Assembly: GCA_034660175.1 (NCBI GenBank)
Contig: JAYEIQ010000004.1
Location: forward strand, 4,152-68,151
DNA: 64,000 nt
From: Patescibacteria group bacterium
Lineage (GTDB): Bacteria > Patescibacteriota > Minisyncoccia > Moranbacterales > DUUL01
Direction of reading: 5' to 3'
The notes under the pieces were generated by a model that was given only the letters and a program-made list of their open reading frames with translations, searched no databases and was not told the origin of the DNA. Shown in pieces: positions 8,865 through 18,531 of this stretch (positions within the stretch are counted from its first letter, which is position 1; each line of letters opens with the position of its first letter). Both the position numbers and the translations under genes were made by a program.

Positions 8865-9994
8865 GACATTCAAAAAAATTAAGAGTAGCTCTTTTGACGC
8901 CAGATTTTCCTCCAAACCCGCGAGGTGGTTGTGGTGTAAGTTCTAACTTACTTGTGCAAGAGCTTAGAAAGTTGGGTTTATGTGTTGATGTGTATAGAGT
9001 AGGAAAGAAGGAGATAGCAGAGAAAAGCTCAAGTGGCAACATTTATCACTTTGTTGGTTTTCGGAAAGTTCCTATGATCAATAATTTGTTTGCGGTTATT
9101 CTTCTTCGCGGGAGGCTAAAAAAATATGATATAATACATGTCTACAATATGAGTCTTATCCCTGCAGCTGTACTCCTGAAGGGGAGAGATTCAAAAATAT
9201 TTGCCACTATCAACAACACAAATGGAGCTGTCGCTAGTACCTTTGTTGGAAAAAGAAAATTCAAGAATAAGATTAATGACTGGTTAACAACGTGGATGAT
9301 TAAACTTTTTAGAGGTGGTGTAGATTGCTATATTGCGCTCACTGCTTTTTTGAGGAGGCTGTATATTGAAAATGGTTATGTTGGTCACAAAATCAAAATG
9401 GTGCCGAATATGTATGATGAAATTTTTGTGGCAAAGCGCAATAAAGAGAGCAGAAAAGATGGGCATGTAAGGATTTTGTACGTTGGTCAGCTTGGTGACA
9501 ATAAGGGCGTATTGGATTTAGCTGTAGTGTGTAAGGATTTGTTAAATGACAAAAAATGGAAAGATAAACTGAAGGTAAAAATAATAGGAGATGGAAAGTT
9601 GAGGGGGGTAATTGAGACAATTTTAAAGAGGGAGATAGAGAGTGGTTCGGTCGAGATCTTTAACGAGCAATATGAAGATCTCCCTGATGAATATTGGAAC
9701 TCAGATCTGCTTATTCATCCTGCAAAATGGGATGAGCCCTTTTCAAGAACCTGGCTTGAAGCCATGGCTTCAGAGTTACCCATTTTATCATCGGACAATT
9801 CTAGTGCCAAAGAAGTTCTTGCTGGTTATGCTATTTTTTTCAAAATGGGAGATAGAGAGAGTTTGAAAAGAGCCATGTTGGAATTTTTAAAAAACAAAAC
9901 AAGGGAAGACGACGGTTTTTTTGTTGAAAGATTTAACCCGAAGAAGGTAACGAATAAAATAGTAAAATATTATCAAATAGAACATGAAATATAA
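8849..9994 (+). CDS. GT-B glycosyltransferase, family 4-like
   Basis: 381 aa; N-domain LLTPDFPPNPRGGCGVSS; C-domain AKWDEPFSRTWLEAMASELPILSSDNSSAKEV; alternative start at 8861. Confidence 0.75.
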   Translation: MEKNMRHSKKLRVALLTPDFPPNPRGGCGVSSNLLVQELRKLGLCVDVYRVGKKEIAEKSSSGNIYHFVGFRKVPMINNLFAVILLRGRLKKYDIIHVYNMSLIPAAVLLKGRDSKIFATINNTNGAVASTFVGKRKFKNKINDWLTTWMIKLFRGGVDCYIALTAFLRRLYIENGYVGHKIKMVPNMYDEIFVAKRNKESRKDGHVRILYVGQLGDNKGVLDLAVVCKDLLNDKKWKDKLKVKIIGDGKLRGVIETILKREIESGSVEIFNEQYEDLPDEYWNSDLLIHPAKWDEPFSRTWLEAMASELPILSSDNSSAKEVLAGYAIFFKMGDRESLKRAMLEFLKNKTREDDGFFVERFNPKKVTNKIVKYYQIEHEI

Positions 9995-11198
9995 CATTCA
10001 CTACTTTAACGAGGCTTTGTATCCTGGCATGTCGGCAAATAAAGTTGCAAGAGTAGAGATGGCCAATTCATTCTTGAGGGTTGATAAGGTTGAAGGAGTG
10101 TTTTTTTGGTTTCTCAGTAATCGATATTTTTTTAACGAAAGGTCCTGTTTTGCAAATCAGTCACTGGATAAAGGGGTTACCCCTAAGAGAGTTTGGGTAC
10201 CTTTTTTCTCTGACCCTCTTGAAGTGACTGGAACAAAGATTGATAAGGCTGTCAGATTTGTAACAAAAAGGGTATTGTTTCTATGGGCTCTAGTTTTTTT
10301 TGCTATAAAAAGATTTGAAAAAAGTGACCTGGTTTTCATTAGAGGAGAACAATTTGTTCTTGCTTTTTGTCTGGGGGCTTTATTGAAAAATGTGAAATTT
10401 TCTTTTGAAGTTCACAATTATGAATTCGGAAAATTTTTTTTAAGAGATTTTCTCTATAGGAGAGCCAGCAAAAAGGCGAACGTTATAATTGTCATATCTG
10501 GCTATTCAAGAAATCACATGGTCAGAAATGGTGGTATCAAAAGCAGTGCAATTGTGAACCTTCCAAGCGGAGTTAATATCCAGAGATTCTCTGAACTTAG
10601 TGGAGACAATGCAGACTATGATTTAAGATTGGAGATTGGTGCTAGAGAAAATGCTAAAATAGCCATCTATACTGGAAGTTTACATAAGAACAGAGGGATA
10701 GAAGACATTTTGTTCTGTGCTAAAAAAACTCCCAACATCGAATTTGTTATTGTGGGAGGTAATAAGAGTCAAATAGAAGAGTATTTATCAAAACCTGATG
10801 GTGATGCAAAAAATATTCATTTTGTTGGCTATAAATCTAATAAATTGATTCCATCTATTGTAAGTCAAGGGGACGTATTGTTGGCGCCATATTCAAAAAA
10901 AATTAAAACTGTTATGCATATGAGCCCAGTGAAACTTTTCGAATATGCAGCAGCTGAAAAACCAGTGGTGGTTTCTAATATATCAGCTATAAGAGAGATT
11001 TTCAACGATGACGAGGTTAATTATTTTACTCCTGATGATAGGCGTGATTTGCTGAGATGCACAAGAGAAGTTTTCGATAACTATGATGTTTGTCTAGCTA
11101 AAGCAGGAAGGGCAAAAAGAAAAGCTGAGCTCCATTCTTGGGATAATCGAGCGAAAACAATCTTTAAATTATTAAAGAAGGATAATGAACAAAAATAA
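9984..11198 (+). CDS. GT-B glycosyltransferase, family 4-like
   Basis: 404 aa; C-domain APYSKKIKTVMHMSPVKLFEYAAAEKPVVVSNISAIREIF (Glycos_transf_1-like); overlaps neighbours at both ends. Confidence 0.7.
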   Translation: MKYNIHYFNEALYPGMSANKVARVEMANSFLRVDKVEGVFFWFLSNRYFFNERSCFANQSLDKGVTPKRVWVPFFSDPLEVTGTKIDKAVRFVTKRVLFLWALVFFAIKRFEKSDLVFIRGEQFVLAFCLGALLKNVKFSFEVHNYEFGKFFLRDFLYRRASKKANVIIVISGYSRNHMVRNGGIKSSAIVNLPSGVNIQRFSELSGDNADYDLRLEIGARENAKIAIYTGSLHKNRGIEDILFCAKKTPNIEFVIVGGNKSQIEEYLSKPDGDAKNIHFVGYKSNKLIPSIVSQGDVLLAPYSKKIKTVMHMSPVKLFEYAAAEKPVVVSNISAIREIFNDDEVNYFTPDDRRDLLRCTREVFDNYDVCLAKAGRAKRKAELHSWDNRAKTIFKLLKKDNEQK

Positions 11199-11910
11199 AT
11201 TTGATTTGCAGAATAATCAATACAATTTTCCATATCACTATCTTGTTAATTTGAGAGAATATTCGAACTATAAGGAGCTTTCCTGGGGAATAATTTACTA
11301 TGCTTATATGAAGTATACAGTAGGGTATGTTTATAAGTCGGGCTGTAAATCATTGTTAGACGTTGGCTGTGGTGATGGGAGGTTGATAAGTGAGCTTGCT
11401 TCCAGTGATAGCAGTGGGAGTTATGTGGGGGTGGATCTCTCCGAATCGGCTATATTGTTGGCCAAGGCAATGAACCAGAATCTTAAGAATGCTAAGTTCT
11501 TACTGAAAAATGTTGGTCAGATAGAGGGAGAGTTCGACATCGTTGTGTTGAATGAAGTCTTGGAGCATATTCCTGACGAAGATCTTGGTGTTTTTACCGG
11601 GAACGTCATGAATAAGGTTAAATCAGGTGGTGTGTTAATAGTAACTGTCCCTTCGGTTAACGTGAAACTCAACGAGAAACATTTTAGGCATTATAATCTT
11701 GAGATGCTAAGAAAGCAGTTCGAGAAATTAAAATTACTAGAGAATGAAACAAAATATCTTTTTAAGAAAAATCTTTTTTACAAAATAATTAGAATATTTG
11801 CAAAAAGATTTAGATGTCCAAAATTGGAGTTGTTTCTGGCAAAAAAATTTTTATTTAATGCCAGAGATAAAAACTGTACCGACATTTTTGTTGTTTTTAA
11901 AAGAAAATGA
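11185..11910 (+). CDS. class I SAM-dependent methyltransferase
   Basis: LLDVGCGDGRLISELA (motif I), FDIVVLNEVLEHIPDED, SGGVLIVTVP. Confidence 0.7.
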   Translation: MNKNKFDLQNNQYNFPYHYLVNLREYSNYKELSWGIIYYAYMKYTVGYVYKSGCKSLLDVGCGDGRLISELASSDSSGSYVGVDLSESAILLAKAMNQNLKNAKFLLKNVGQIEGEFDIVVLNEVLEHIPDEDLGVFTGNVMNKVKSGGVLIVTVPSVNVKLNEKHFRHYNLEMLRKQFEKLKLLENETKYLFKKNLFYKIIRIFAKRFRCPKLELFLAKKFLFNARDKNCTDIFVVFKRK

Positions 11911-11913
11911 ACC

Positions 11914-12810
11914 ATGAGTAATAATTTTATTAGAAGAACTTGTTGTCCTGTTTGTGGAGGAAGAAAGAGAAGGGCTATTTATTTAAAGTCTTTCTCAGAT
12001 GACGATATTTGGGATTATTTGAATGAATTCTATGAGTCGAAAATCTCCAAGGACATTATAAAAGATGATTTTTACAGCATTGTAAAGTGTAAGAATTGTA
12101 GTTTGTTGTACCAGGAGTATATACTCAGTGATAAAAACATGTATTTGCTGTATGAAAATTGGATTTCCGCAGAAAGTAGTCTCCAGAAGAAAATGGTCTC
12201 TGATATTAAATTGTTTGAACAGTATGTTCTTGAGCTTAGGAGAATTTATTTGTTTCTCAAAAAGATGCCACATGAGATTAATGTTTTGGAGTATGGAATG
12301 GGGTGGGGATTCTGGTCAAGATTGGCCAAAGCATTAAATTTTAAAGTAACTGGAGTTGAGCTTTCCGAATCCAGGGTTGAATTTGCTAGGAGGAATGGAG
12401 TTAAAGTGATTGATGATATAAAAAAAGAATTGGATTGTGTTTATGATTATGTTTATTCGAATCAGGTTTTTGAGCATCTAACAGAACCAAAGAAAGAATT
12501 GATTGAATTGGCTAGAGTTTTGAAGCCAGGAGGCATTATAGATATCAAGGTTCCTAATTGTCAAAATTTTGAGAAAAAATTTGGTAAAATTAATTGGAGA
12601 TTAGGATCAAAACCAGTTCATCCACTAGAGCACATAAACTGTTTCAGTCGTCAATCTTTGAAGATATTAGCTAATCAAGCCAAGCTAAGTCTTGTTAGGC
12701 GTCCGTATTCTTTCGCGTGCTTCGGGATAAATTCATGTATAAAGGGTCATATCGAGTATATTAACGATGCATTTTTTTCAACAAACGTTTATATGAGGAA
12801 GAATAAGTAG
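11914..12810 (+). CDS. SAM-dependent methyltransferase with N-terminal Cys4 zinc-ribbon
   Basis: CCPVCGG ... CKNC zinc-ribbon; MTase motifs VLEYGMGWGFWSRLA, VFEHLTEPKKELIELARVLKPGGII. Confidence 0.65.
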   Translation: MSNNFIRRTCCPVCGGRKRRAIYLKSFSDDDIWDYLNEFYESKISKDIIKDDFYSIVKCKNCSLLYQEYILSDKNMYLLYENWISAESSLQKKMVSDIKLFEQYVLELRRIYLFLKKMPHEINVLEYGMGWGFWSRLAKALNFKVTGVELSESRVEFARRNGVKVIDDIKKELDCVYDYVYSNQVFEHLTEPKKELIELARVLKPGGIIDIKVPNCQNFEKKFGKINWRLGSKPVHPLEHINCFSRQSLKILANQAKLSLVRRPYSFACFGINSCIKGHIEYINDAFFSTNVYMRKNK

Positions 12811-12831
12811 TAAGAGTATAAAGAAAGTGTC

Positions 12832-14145
12832 ATGAAGAAAACAAAGAAGTGGATTAAAAACAGATTGGGAACCAAAAACAGGGAAAGATTTTTTTTTCTT
12901 TTCAGGCTAATCAAATATCTCAGGAAACAGACAAGGAGAATTTTCAGAGATCTTGGATCTGATGGTAGGTCAGAATTATTGCTTCCTAGTGAAGAATATT
13001 TCATTGAAGACAAGAATGTCTTTTTCGGTTATTATGATAAAAGTCCTTTTAGTGATAATGGAGAAGTTATTCTGGTACAAGTTGCTAAAGGTCAAAACAA
13101 ACATCCTCAAGTGGGTGATGAATTGATTGTTGGCTTTTTTTGCAGGCAGGCAGGCTCTTCTGGAAGAGGAATTGTTGAGTTAGGCAGGACTACCACATGG
13201 TGCTGGCAACAAGGTTGCAGATTGCAGTGGTTTCCTGGGGATGGGAGCAAAAAAATTATCTACAACAAATTGATAAATAAACGGTTTTCCTCGGTGGTTC
13301 AAGACACAGAAAGCAAAAGAGTGGTTAAGTCGCTTAGTTTTCCTGTGTATGATGTTGATCCAAGCGGGTCTTGTGCCTTAACATTGAGTTTTTCCAGACT
13401 ATATCGGTTAAGGCCAGGGTATGGCTATGCTGGGATTATTGATGAGACAATAGATGAAAAGATACCGTCTAGTGATGGAATCTGGCTTGGAAATATCAAG
13501 AAAAACGAAAAGAGTCTTTTATTAAGTTTAGAAAAAATTTCACAGATGGATTGGAATGAGAAGATGGTTGGGGCACAGCACTATGTAAATTTTATTTCTT
13601 ACAACAAGGATGGTAGTAAGTTTGCTTTTTTGCACGTTTGGGAAGGGGGGGAGGGGAGATCTGTGAGGTTAATGATTTTTGATTTTGCAAGAGGTGAGCT
13701 ATCTGTTGTTGGACAAGGTCATGAGATGGTTTCTCATTACTCTTGGATTGATGATAGTTCAATAATTTTTACATCATTAGCGAAAAAAGGATATGGAATA
13801 TACTACACATACAATACAATCTCAAAAGAAACTATAGTTGTAGGGGGGAACGAACTGACTGGAGACGGGCATCCGAGTGCTTGTGGTGATTCCTCTCTTT
13901 TCATTACAGACACGTCTGCTGATGAATATGGTGAGCGAAAATTGATTCTATTCGATGGACTTAAGGGCAAAAAGAGAGAACTTTTTAGGTTAGTCGATCC
14001 GATTGGATTTTGGGGTGAGGTGAGGTGTGACTTCCATCCAAGGTGGGATAGTTCTGGGCGCTATGTTTGTATTGATTGTCCTGTAAGTGGGAAAAGGAGA
14101 ATGTCGGTTTTTGATCTCAGTGTTGTTCTGAGGGATTTTTCTTGA
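12832..14145 (+). CDS. hypothetical protein (possibly beta-propeller-like), part of glycan island
   Basis: 437-aa ORF, no confident family; repeated hydrophobic/Gly-Asp turns; contains in-frame G7 tract at 13645-13651. Confidence 0.4.
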   Translation: MKKTKKWIKNRLGTKNRERFFFLFRLIKYLRKQTRRIFRDLGSDGRSELLLPSEEYFIEDKNVFFGYYDKSPFSDNGEVILVQVAKGQNKHPQVGDELIVGFFCRQAGSSGRGIVELGRTTTWCWQQGCRLQWFPGDGSKKIIYNKLINKRFSSVVQDTESKRVVKSLSFPVYDVDPSGSCALTLSFSRLYRLRPGYGYAGIIDETIDEKIPSSDGIWLGNIKKNEKSLLLSLEKISQMDWNEKMVGAQHYVNFISYNKDGSKFAFLHVWEGGEGRSVRLMIFDFARGELSVVGQGHEMVSHYSWIDDSSIIFTSLAKKGYGIYYTYNTISKETIVVGGNELTGDGHPSACGDSSLFITDTSADEYGERKLILFDGLKGKKRELFRLVDPIGFWGEVRCDFHPRWDSSGRYVCIDCPVSGKRRMSVFDLSVVLRDFS

Positions 14146-15331
14146 GGGCAAAGTAATTATAAAAAGTTTGGAATACAAAAAAGATAATCGAAGAGATTAC
14201 CCCACCCAATACTCCAACAAGAGGTATAAGCAAAAGATATGAAACAAATACAAGTAACATAGCAAGAATTCTGCTGTGGTTAATCTCCTTGTTCATATTA
14301 TTCTTGATTAAGAGAGAAAGGGTTATGTTATACGAAAAATAGAATGGTATAACAATGAGATATATTTGTGACAAAAAAACAACGTCTTCATATCCTGGTC
14401 CATAAAGTAGTGTGACTGGGTATTTTATTATTGGAATTATCATTAAAGGAATAATGAACGACAGGGCAAATGGTTTGTAAAAATATTTAAGAGTTATTGA
14501 CAGATCTTTGTAGATTTTTGGCAGTACTGACTCGATGGTCCCCTTGATAAACTTGAAAAAGATATCGCCCAGTTTCATTGTTAGACCATAAATTGCTATT
14601 TGCTCTGGAGCTAGGATTAATCCCATAATGAAAATATCTGCTTTACCAAAAACTATCCCTGATAAATTTGAGATTGTTAGAGCATAACTTTGCTTCTTCC
14701 AATGAATGTCTATTTTTCCATCTAATTTAAATGAGCGAGAAGATGTTATAAAAAATAATATATTGAAGAAGGATTGCACTGCTACATAACAAAAGACAAT
14801 CACCACCAAATTGTTACTGAAATTGCTAATTGCCAAAATCATACTCAACAGCAGAATTGGGTACAAAATGAGATTGTAGATTGTGAGTGTTTTGAAATCT
14901 CCTCGGCCTTTCAGAGCTGGAGTCCATGTTTTGAGGCTTGTTAGGAAAGGAAACAAGAAAGAGCATGCAATTAATGAGGTACCAATTGAACTTTTTTCTT
15001 GGAGCAGGAAGATGAAACCTATAAATAGAAGAAAGGGAACTCCCCAAAGGGAGTGTTTGAAAGAAAAGTAAGTTCCTTTTCTATAAACTCCATCATATCC
15101 TTGGGCAATTGACTTGACAATTATCGTATTAACTCCAGTGATGGAGATTAGGGAAAGCAGATTAAAGATTGACAAAACAAAGAGATATTCTCCGTATCTT
15201 TCTGCTCCGGCGATTCTTATAAAAAATACAGAAAGAGACACCCCGAAGAGTGCTCCTATCAAATAATTCGTGTTCGATAGAACAGCATTGGCGCCGTGTT
15301 TTTTGTTTTTTTCTATAAATTTTTTTATCAT
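14117..15331 (-). CDS. Wzx-like oligosaccharide flippase / polysaccharide biosynthesis protein (MOP superfamily)
   Basis: 404 aa, about 12 predicted hydrophobic helices throughout, MATE/Wzx-like architecture; located between GT cluster and GT-C transferase. Confidence 0.6.
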   Translation of the reverse strand: MIKKFIEKNKKHGANAVLSNTNYLIGALFGVSLSVFFIRIAGAERYGEYLFVLSIFNLLSLISITGVNTIIVKSIAQGYDGVYRKGTYFSFKHSLWGVPFLLFIGFIFLLQEKSSIGTSLIACSFLFPFLTSLKTWTPALKGRGDFKTLTIYNLILYPILLLSMILAISNFSNNLVVIVFCYVAVQSFFNILFFITSSRSFKLDGKIDIHWKKQSYALTISNLSGIVFGKADIFIMGLILAPEQIAIYGLTMKLGDIFFKFIKGTIESVLPKIYKDLSITLKYFYKPFALSFIIPLMIIPIIKYPVTLLYGPGYEDVVFLSQIYLIVIPFYFSYNITLSLLIKNNMNKEINHSRILAMLLVFVSYLLLIPLVGVLGGVISSIIFFVFQTFYNYFALKKNPSEQH

Positions 15332-15357
15332 CGCACTCTCTTATATTATGAGATTTG

Positions 15358-17391
15358 CTATTTACAATAAAAAAGATTTGGCCAAAAAAGATTTTTATTT
15401 TCATACCAGCCGACATAATTATACTTTTTTACGCCTAGATCTTTTGAAATATTTTCACAATTTTCCATTAAATAATCCAAGAGGTCCCTATCTAGCAAGT
15501 GGGCATAAGTTGTTACTAAGTAGCTCTCTCCTTGCTTCTTGCTCATCAACTCAAAGAAGTCAATGCTTTTTTTTGTCTTTTCATTTGTCAATTCCTTGCT
15601 TTTTCTCCGCAGTAAAAAATAAGTTACTCTTGGATTTGTTTGTAAATAATATTCTCCACTGTCTGTTATCACGAAGTCTCCATCTTTTTGGTTTTTGTTA
15701 ATGTGTTGATATATTTTTGAATATTCTGGAGCAATGGCTCTGCGGTGTAGCTCTGTTTTTCCGTAGTCATCGCTCCAAACGCTGGGCGATTCTTTGGTTA
15801 GACCTTGGATTTCTTTTATTGGTAGAAGTGGGTAAAACACGAATAATAGTGCCAGAAAGATGCTTATGAAAGCAGGAATAGCCTTGTTTCTTTTTTTTGA
15901 AAGAGCTTTTGTTATATTCTCGACAATAGAATAGAGTCCTAACATTGCAATACTATAGATAAAAGGTATCAAAAAGTAGCAATATCTAAAATCTTCGTAT
16001 CTATTTAATAAATATATGACAAAAAATAAGGGCACAAAAGTGAATAAAAGCAAATGGAAAGCTCCGAAATCTTTTTTAAGAAAACTCCTCCACAACAAGA
16101 AAAAGGTTCCAACAGAAAACGATAGATACATCAAAAAGGGGAATTTTGTGTATTTTGAAAAGAGGTATTGATAATATGTTTTTTCTGGATTTTTTATGTT
16201 CTCGTAGGATAAATGATTTAAAAACTGTTTACCAGTAATGGAAATATTTGTAATTCCTGTAATTTCTAAGATAATTACGCTAGCAAAAAACAGGAACCCA
16301 AGAGTGAGTAGCGCATTTCTTTTTTTGATTGTATTTTTAAGAATATTTTTATTGATTATCATTGAGAATATCCACGAGACTGGAATGAGAAGAAGCAAGA
16401 TTTTACTAGTTTGGTTTGCTTGGATTGCTCCTGTTACAGAAACTAGCAATAGAGATAAGCACATTGCTAGTGCTTTTTTGTTCCTATCATTCTTAATTAG
16501 AACTAAAAATAAATAGGAGAAATAAAAGGACAAAAGATAGAAAGCGAGAAAAGTAGTGTATGGACGGAGAAATCTGGCTAAAAAAACTGCAGGTGGACTA
16601 AACGCAAAACCAATTGATGTCAAAAGTGCTGGAATATTTCCAATTATTTTGCGAAGAGAAAAGAAGATAACTGGGATGAGTAATACTCCAAATATTGCTG
16701 GTATCAATCTTAGAGTAAAATTGTTTTGTCCGAATGTCTTTGTAGTTAGATAAGTCGAGCTGTTTAAGAAGAGACCCCTTCTGTATCTTTTTTCAGATTC
16801 CCCAGAAAGAAAATTCCATTTTTTAAATCCCTCGCCATGCTTGAGGCTTTCTATTACTTGTACATGCCACTTTTCATCGTGAAATATATCATTCTTATTA
16901 ATGTCGTGAAAGATAAGAAGTCCTTCCCACAAGATGATCGTAAAGAGCAGAAGGTAAATTAATCGGGCAATTTTTCTATTTGATGTCATTACGCGCTTTC
17001 TTTTCTGGTTTCTGTGTGTTAGTAGAACGATTGTGATTAAACTAAAAACAGAGAGTGTAAGAGAATATATTAAAAACAGATTATTTTCTGAGGAGGAGTG
17101 GTGAAGTATTAGAGCTATTATAATAAACAGGATAGAGGACAGAGCAAGTGTTATTGAGTCTACTTTTTCAAGGTTATTTCTCAATTTATATCTGTTCTGA
17201 ATCCCAAAGATGGTTAAGAATGCAACGAAGGCTATTAAGAATATGTTTATATTGATGTAGTAAGAGATTGAAAAGGGAAGTCTCCATTCAAACCAGAAAA
17301 AGACCAAGTATACAGTGATTGAAACAAGACACAAGTCTTTGATGATTACCCTTGATAATTCATTTTTTTCTTTATCTGTTTTTTTTTGCAT
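15358..17391 (-). CDS. GT-C fold membrane glycosyltransferase (PMT / ArnT-like, GT39/GT83-type)
   Basis: 677 aa, many TM helices; first extracytoplasmic loop contains HDEKWH (DE motif typical of PMT/ArnT); central region LIPAIFGVLLIPVIFFSLRKI...AFSPPAVFLARFLRPYTT PMT_2-like; about 130-aa N-terminal extension with 3-4 extra helices. Confidence 0.5.
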   Translation of the reverse strand: MQKKTDKEKNELSRVIIKDLCLVSITVYLVFFWFEWRLPFSISYYININIFLIAFVAFLTIFGIQNRYKLRNNLEKVDSITLALSSILFIIIALILHHSSSENNLFLIYSLTLSVFSLITIVLLTHRNQKRKRVMTSNRKIARLIYLLLFTIILWEGLLIFHDINKNDIFHDEKWHVQVIESLKHGEGFKKWNFLSGESEKRYRRGLFLNSSTYLTTKTFGQNNFTLRLIPAIFGVLLIPVIFFSLRKIIGNIPALLTSIGFAFSPPAVFLARFLRPYTTFLAFYLLSFYFSYLFLVLIKNDRNKKALAMCLSLLLVSVTGAIQANQTSKILLLLIPVSWIFSMIINKNILKNTIKKRNALLTLGFLFFASVIILEITGITNISITGKQFLNHLSYENIKNPEKTYYQYLFSKYTKFPFLMYLSFSVGTFFLLWRSFLKKDFGAFHLLLFTFVPLFFVIYLLNRYEDFRYCYFLIPFIYSIAMLGLYSIVENITKALSKKRNKAIPAFISIFLALLFVFYPLLPIKEIQGLTKESPSVWSDDYGKTELHRRAIAPEYSKIYQHINKNQKDGDFVITDSGEYYLQTNPRVTYFLLRRKSKELTNEKTKKSIDFFELMSKKQGESYLVTTYAHLLDRDLLDYLMENCENISKDLGVKKYNYVGWYENKNLFWPNLFYCK

Positions 17392-17461
17392 TTATGGTTT
17401 AATCATTGATATTTCTGTTATTTGTTGTGTGTTTCGAAAGAGCGTCTGATAAAGCCCAAGT

Positions 17462-18427
17462 CTACCATATCATTTTTTTCAACTTTCTCAATGCTTGTTT
17501 GGTTGTTGGTTTTTTAGTTAAGTTGATGGTAATTGAGCTAATAGAATTTTCAGGGATTCCATACACGAAGATGGAATAAGAGTTTCCTGCTAAATCTAAC
17601 TTGTCTCTCTCGAGTTTTCCATTACACACAACTTGTTTATCTTCAGGAAATAGGAGACAAGGAATGTTTTTTGTGTCTTTTTTTTTGATACTATTAGTTT
17701 CTATGAACGCAAAATTTTTCCAGACTCTTGAAATTAAATTTTCAGAAAACAAAGGGTACAAATTATTTGACCCAGTAATGAAATAATCATTTCCAGCTTT
17801 AACAATTAATCCACTTGGATATATTTTGTCTTTCTTTCTAAAATTCAAATTATCTCCTATTTCTAGGGTATTTAAAATTTCTTTGTTGACCGATATGATA
17901 TTCTTTTTATCAAATCCCATTTCTTTGAAAGTGGTAATTGACTGGAATGGTCTTAATTTTCCTTTCTCAATAAAATAAAGTACTCTATTACTTTTAAGAA
18001 TGCTCCCATTTGGATATTTTGAGTGATTGTTTTCGAAGAGTCTGTTTTTTACTTGTTGAGTTTCAGTTAGCATGTTTCTTCTGTGAATTAGCATCGGCTC
18101 AAGTGTTTTTGTTGCGTGAACCTCAATTTCTGAAAAATCAAAATCTTCTTTTGGCTCAATGAGGATTTCAAATTCTACTAAATCCTCGTTTGATATCACG
18201 GAAACCACATTATGTGTGAGAAAAGAGTCTTTATTAAAAACATAATACTCTTTTATCGGAAGGGTAGTGCTTGTTAATACCACAGAAGCCACTAAAAATA
18301 GACCACCAGAATAAATAAAACGTCTTAGAAGAGTGGATTTTTTTCTTTCATTCATTGACTGTAGCATCAGTCGTATTTTACTTTTTGTAATTCTAGATGT
18401 ATTTGACATATTTAGAGGATACAACAA
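17462..18427 (-). CDS. hypothetical membrane-anchored protein
   Basis: 321 aa, single N-terminal TM (LFLVASVVLTSTTL), no recognisable domain. Confidence 0.4.
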   Translation of the reverse strand: MLYPLNMSNTSRITKSKIRLMLQSMNERKKSTLLRRFIYSGGLFLVASVVLTSTTLPIKEYYVFNKDSFLTHNVVSVISNEDLVEFEILIEPKEDFDFSEIEVHATKTLEPMLIHRRNMLTETQQVKNRLFENNHSKYPNGSILKSNRVLYFIEKGKLRPFQSITTFKEMGFDKKNIISVNKEILNTLEIGDNLNFRKKDKIYPSGLIVKAGNDYFITGSNNLYPLFSENLISRVWKNFAFIETNSIKKKDTKNIPCLLFPEDKQVVCNGKLERDKLDLAGNSYSIFVYGIPENSISSITINLTKKPTTKQALRKLKKMIW

Positions 18428-18531
18428 TTTTATCTCTTAGTCCACGAGATGGGGTATTACCCAAAAAGATAAACGCACTATTTCACTTAGTGAAATAGTG
18501 CGTTATTTATGTAATTGTTTGTTGATGCAAG

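Noticed and set aside
13645-13651. G7 homopolymer inside ORF 12832..14145 as a phase-variation tract
   Set aside because: It is in-frame (encodes EGGEG), a single moderate-length tract, and there is no evidence of alternative lengths. Noted only as a potential sequencing-error hotspot.
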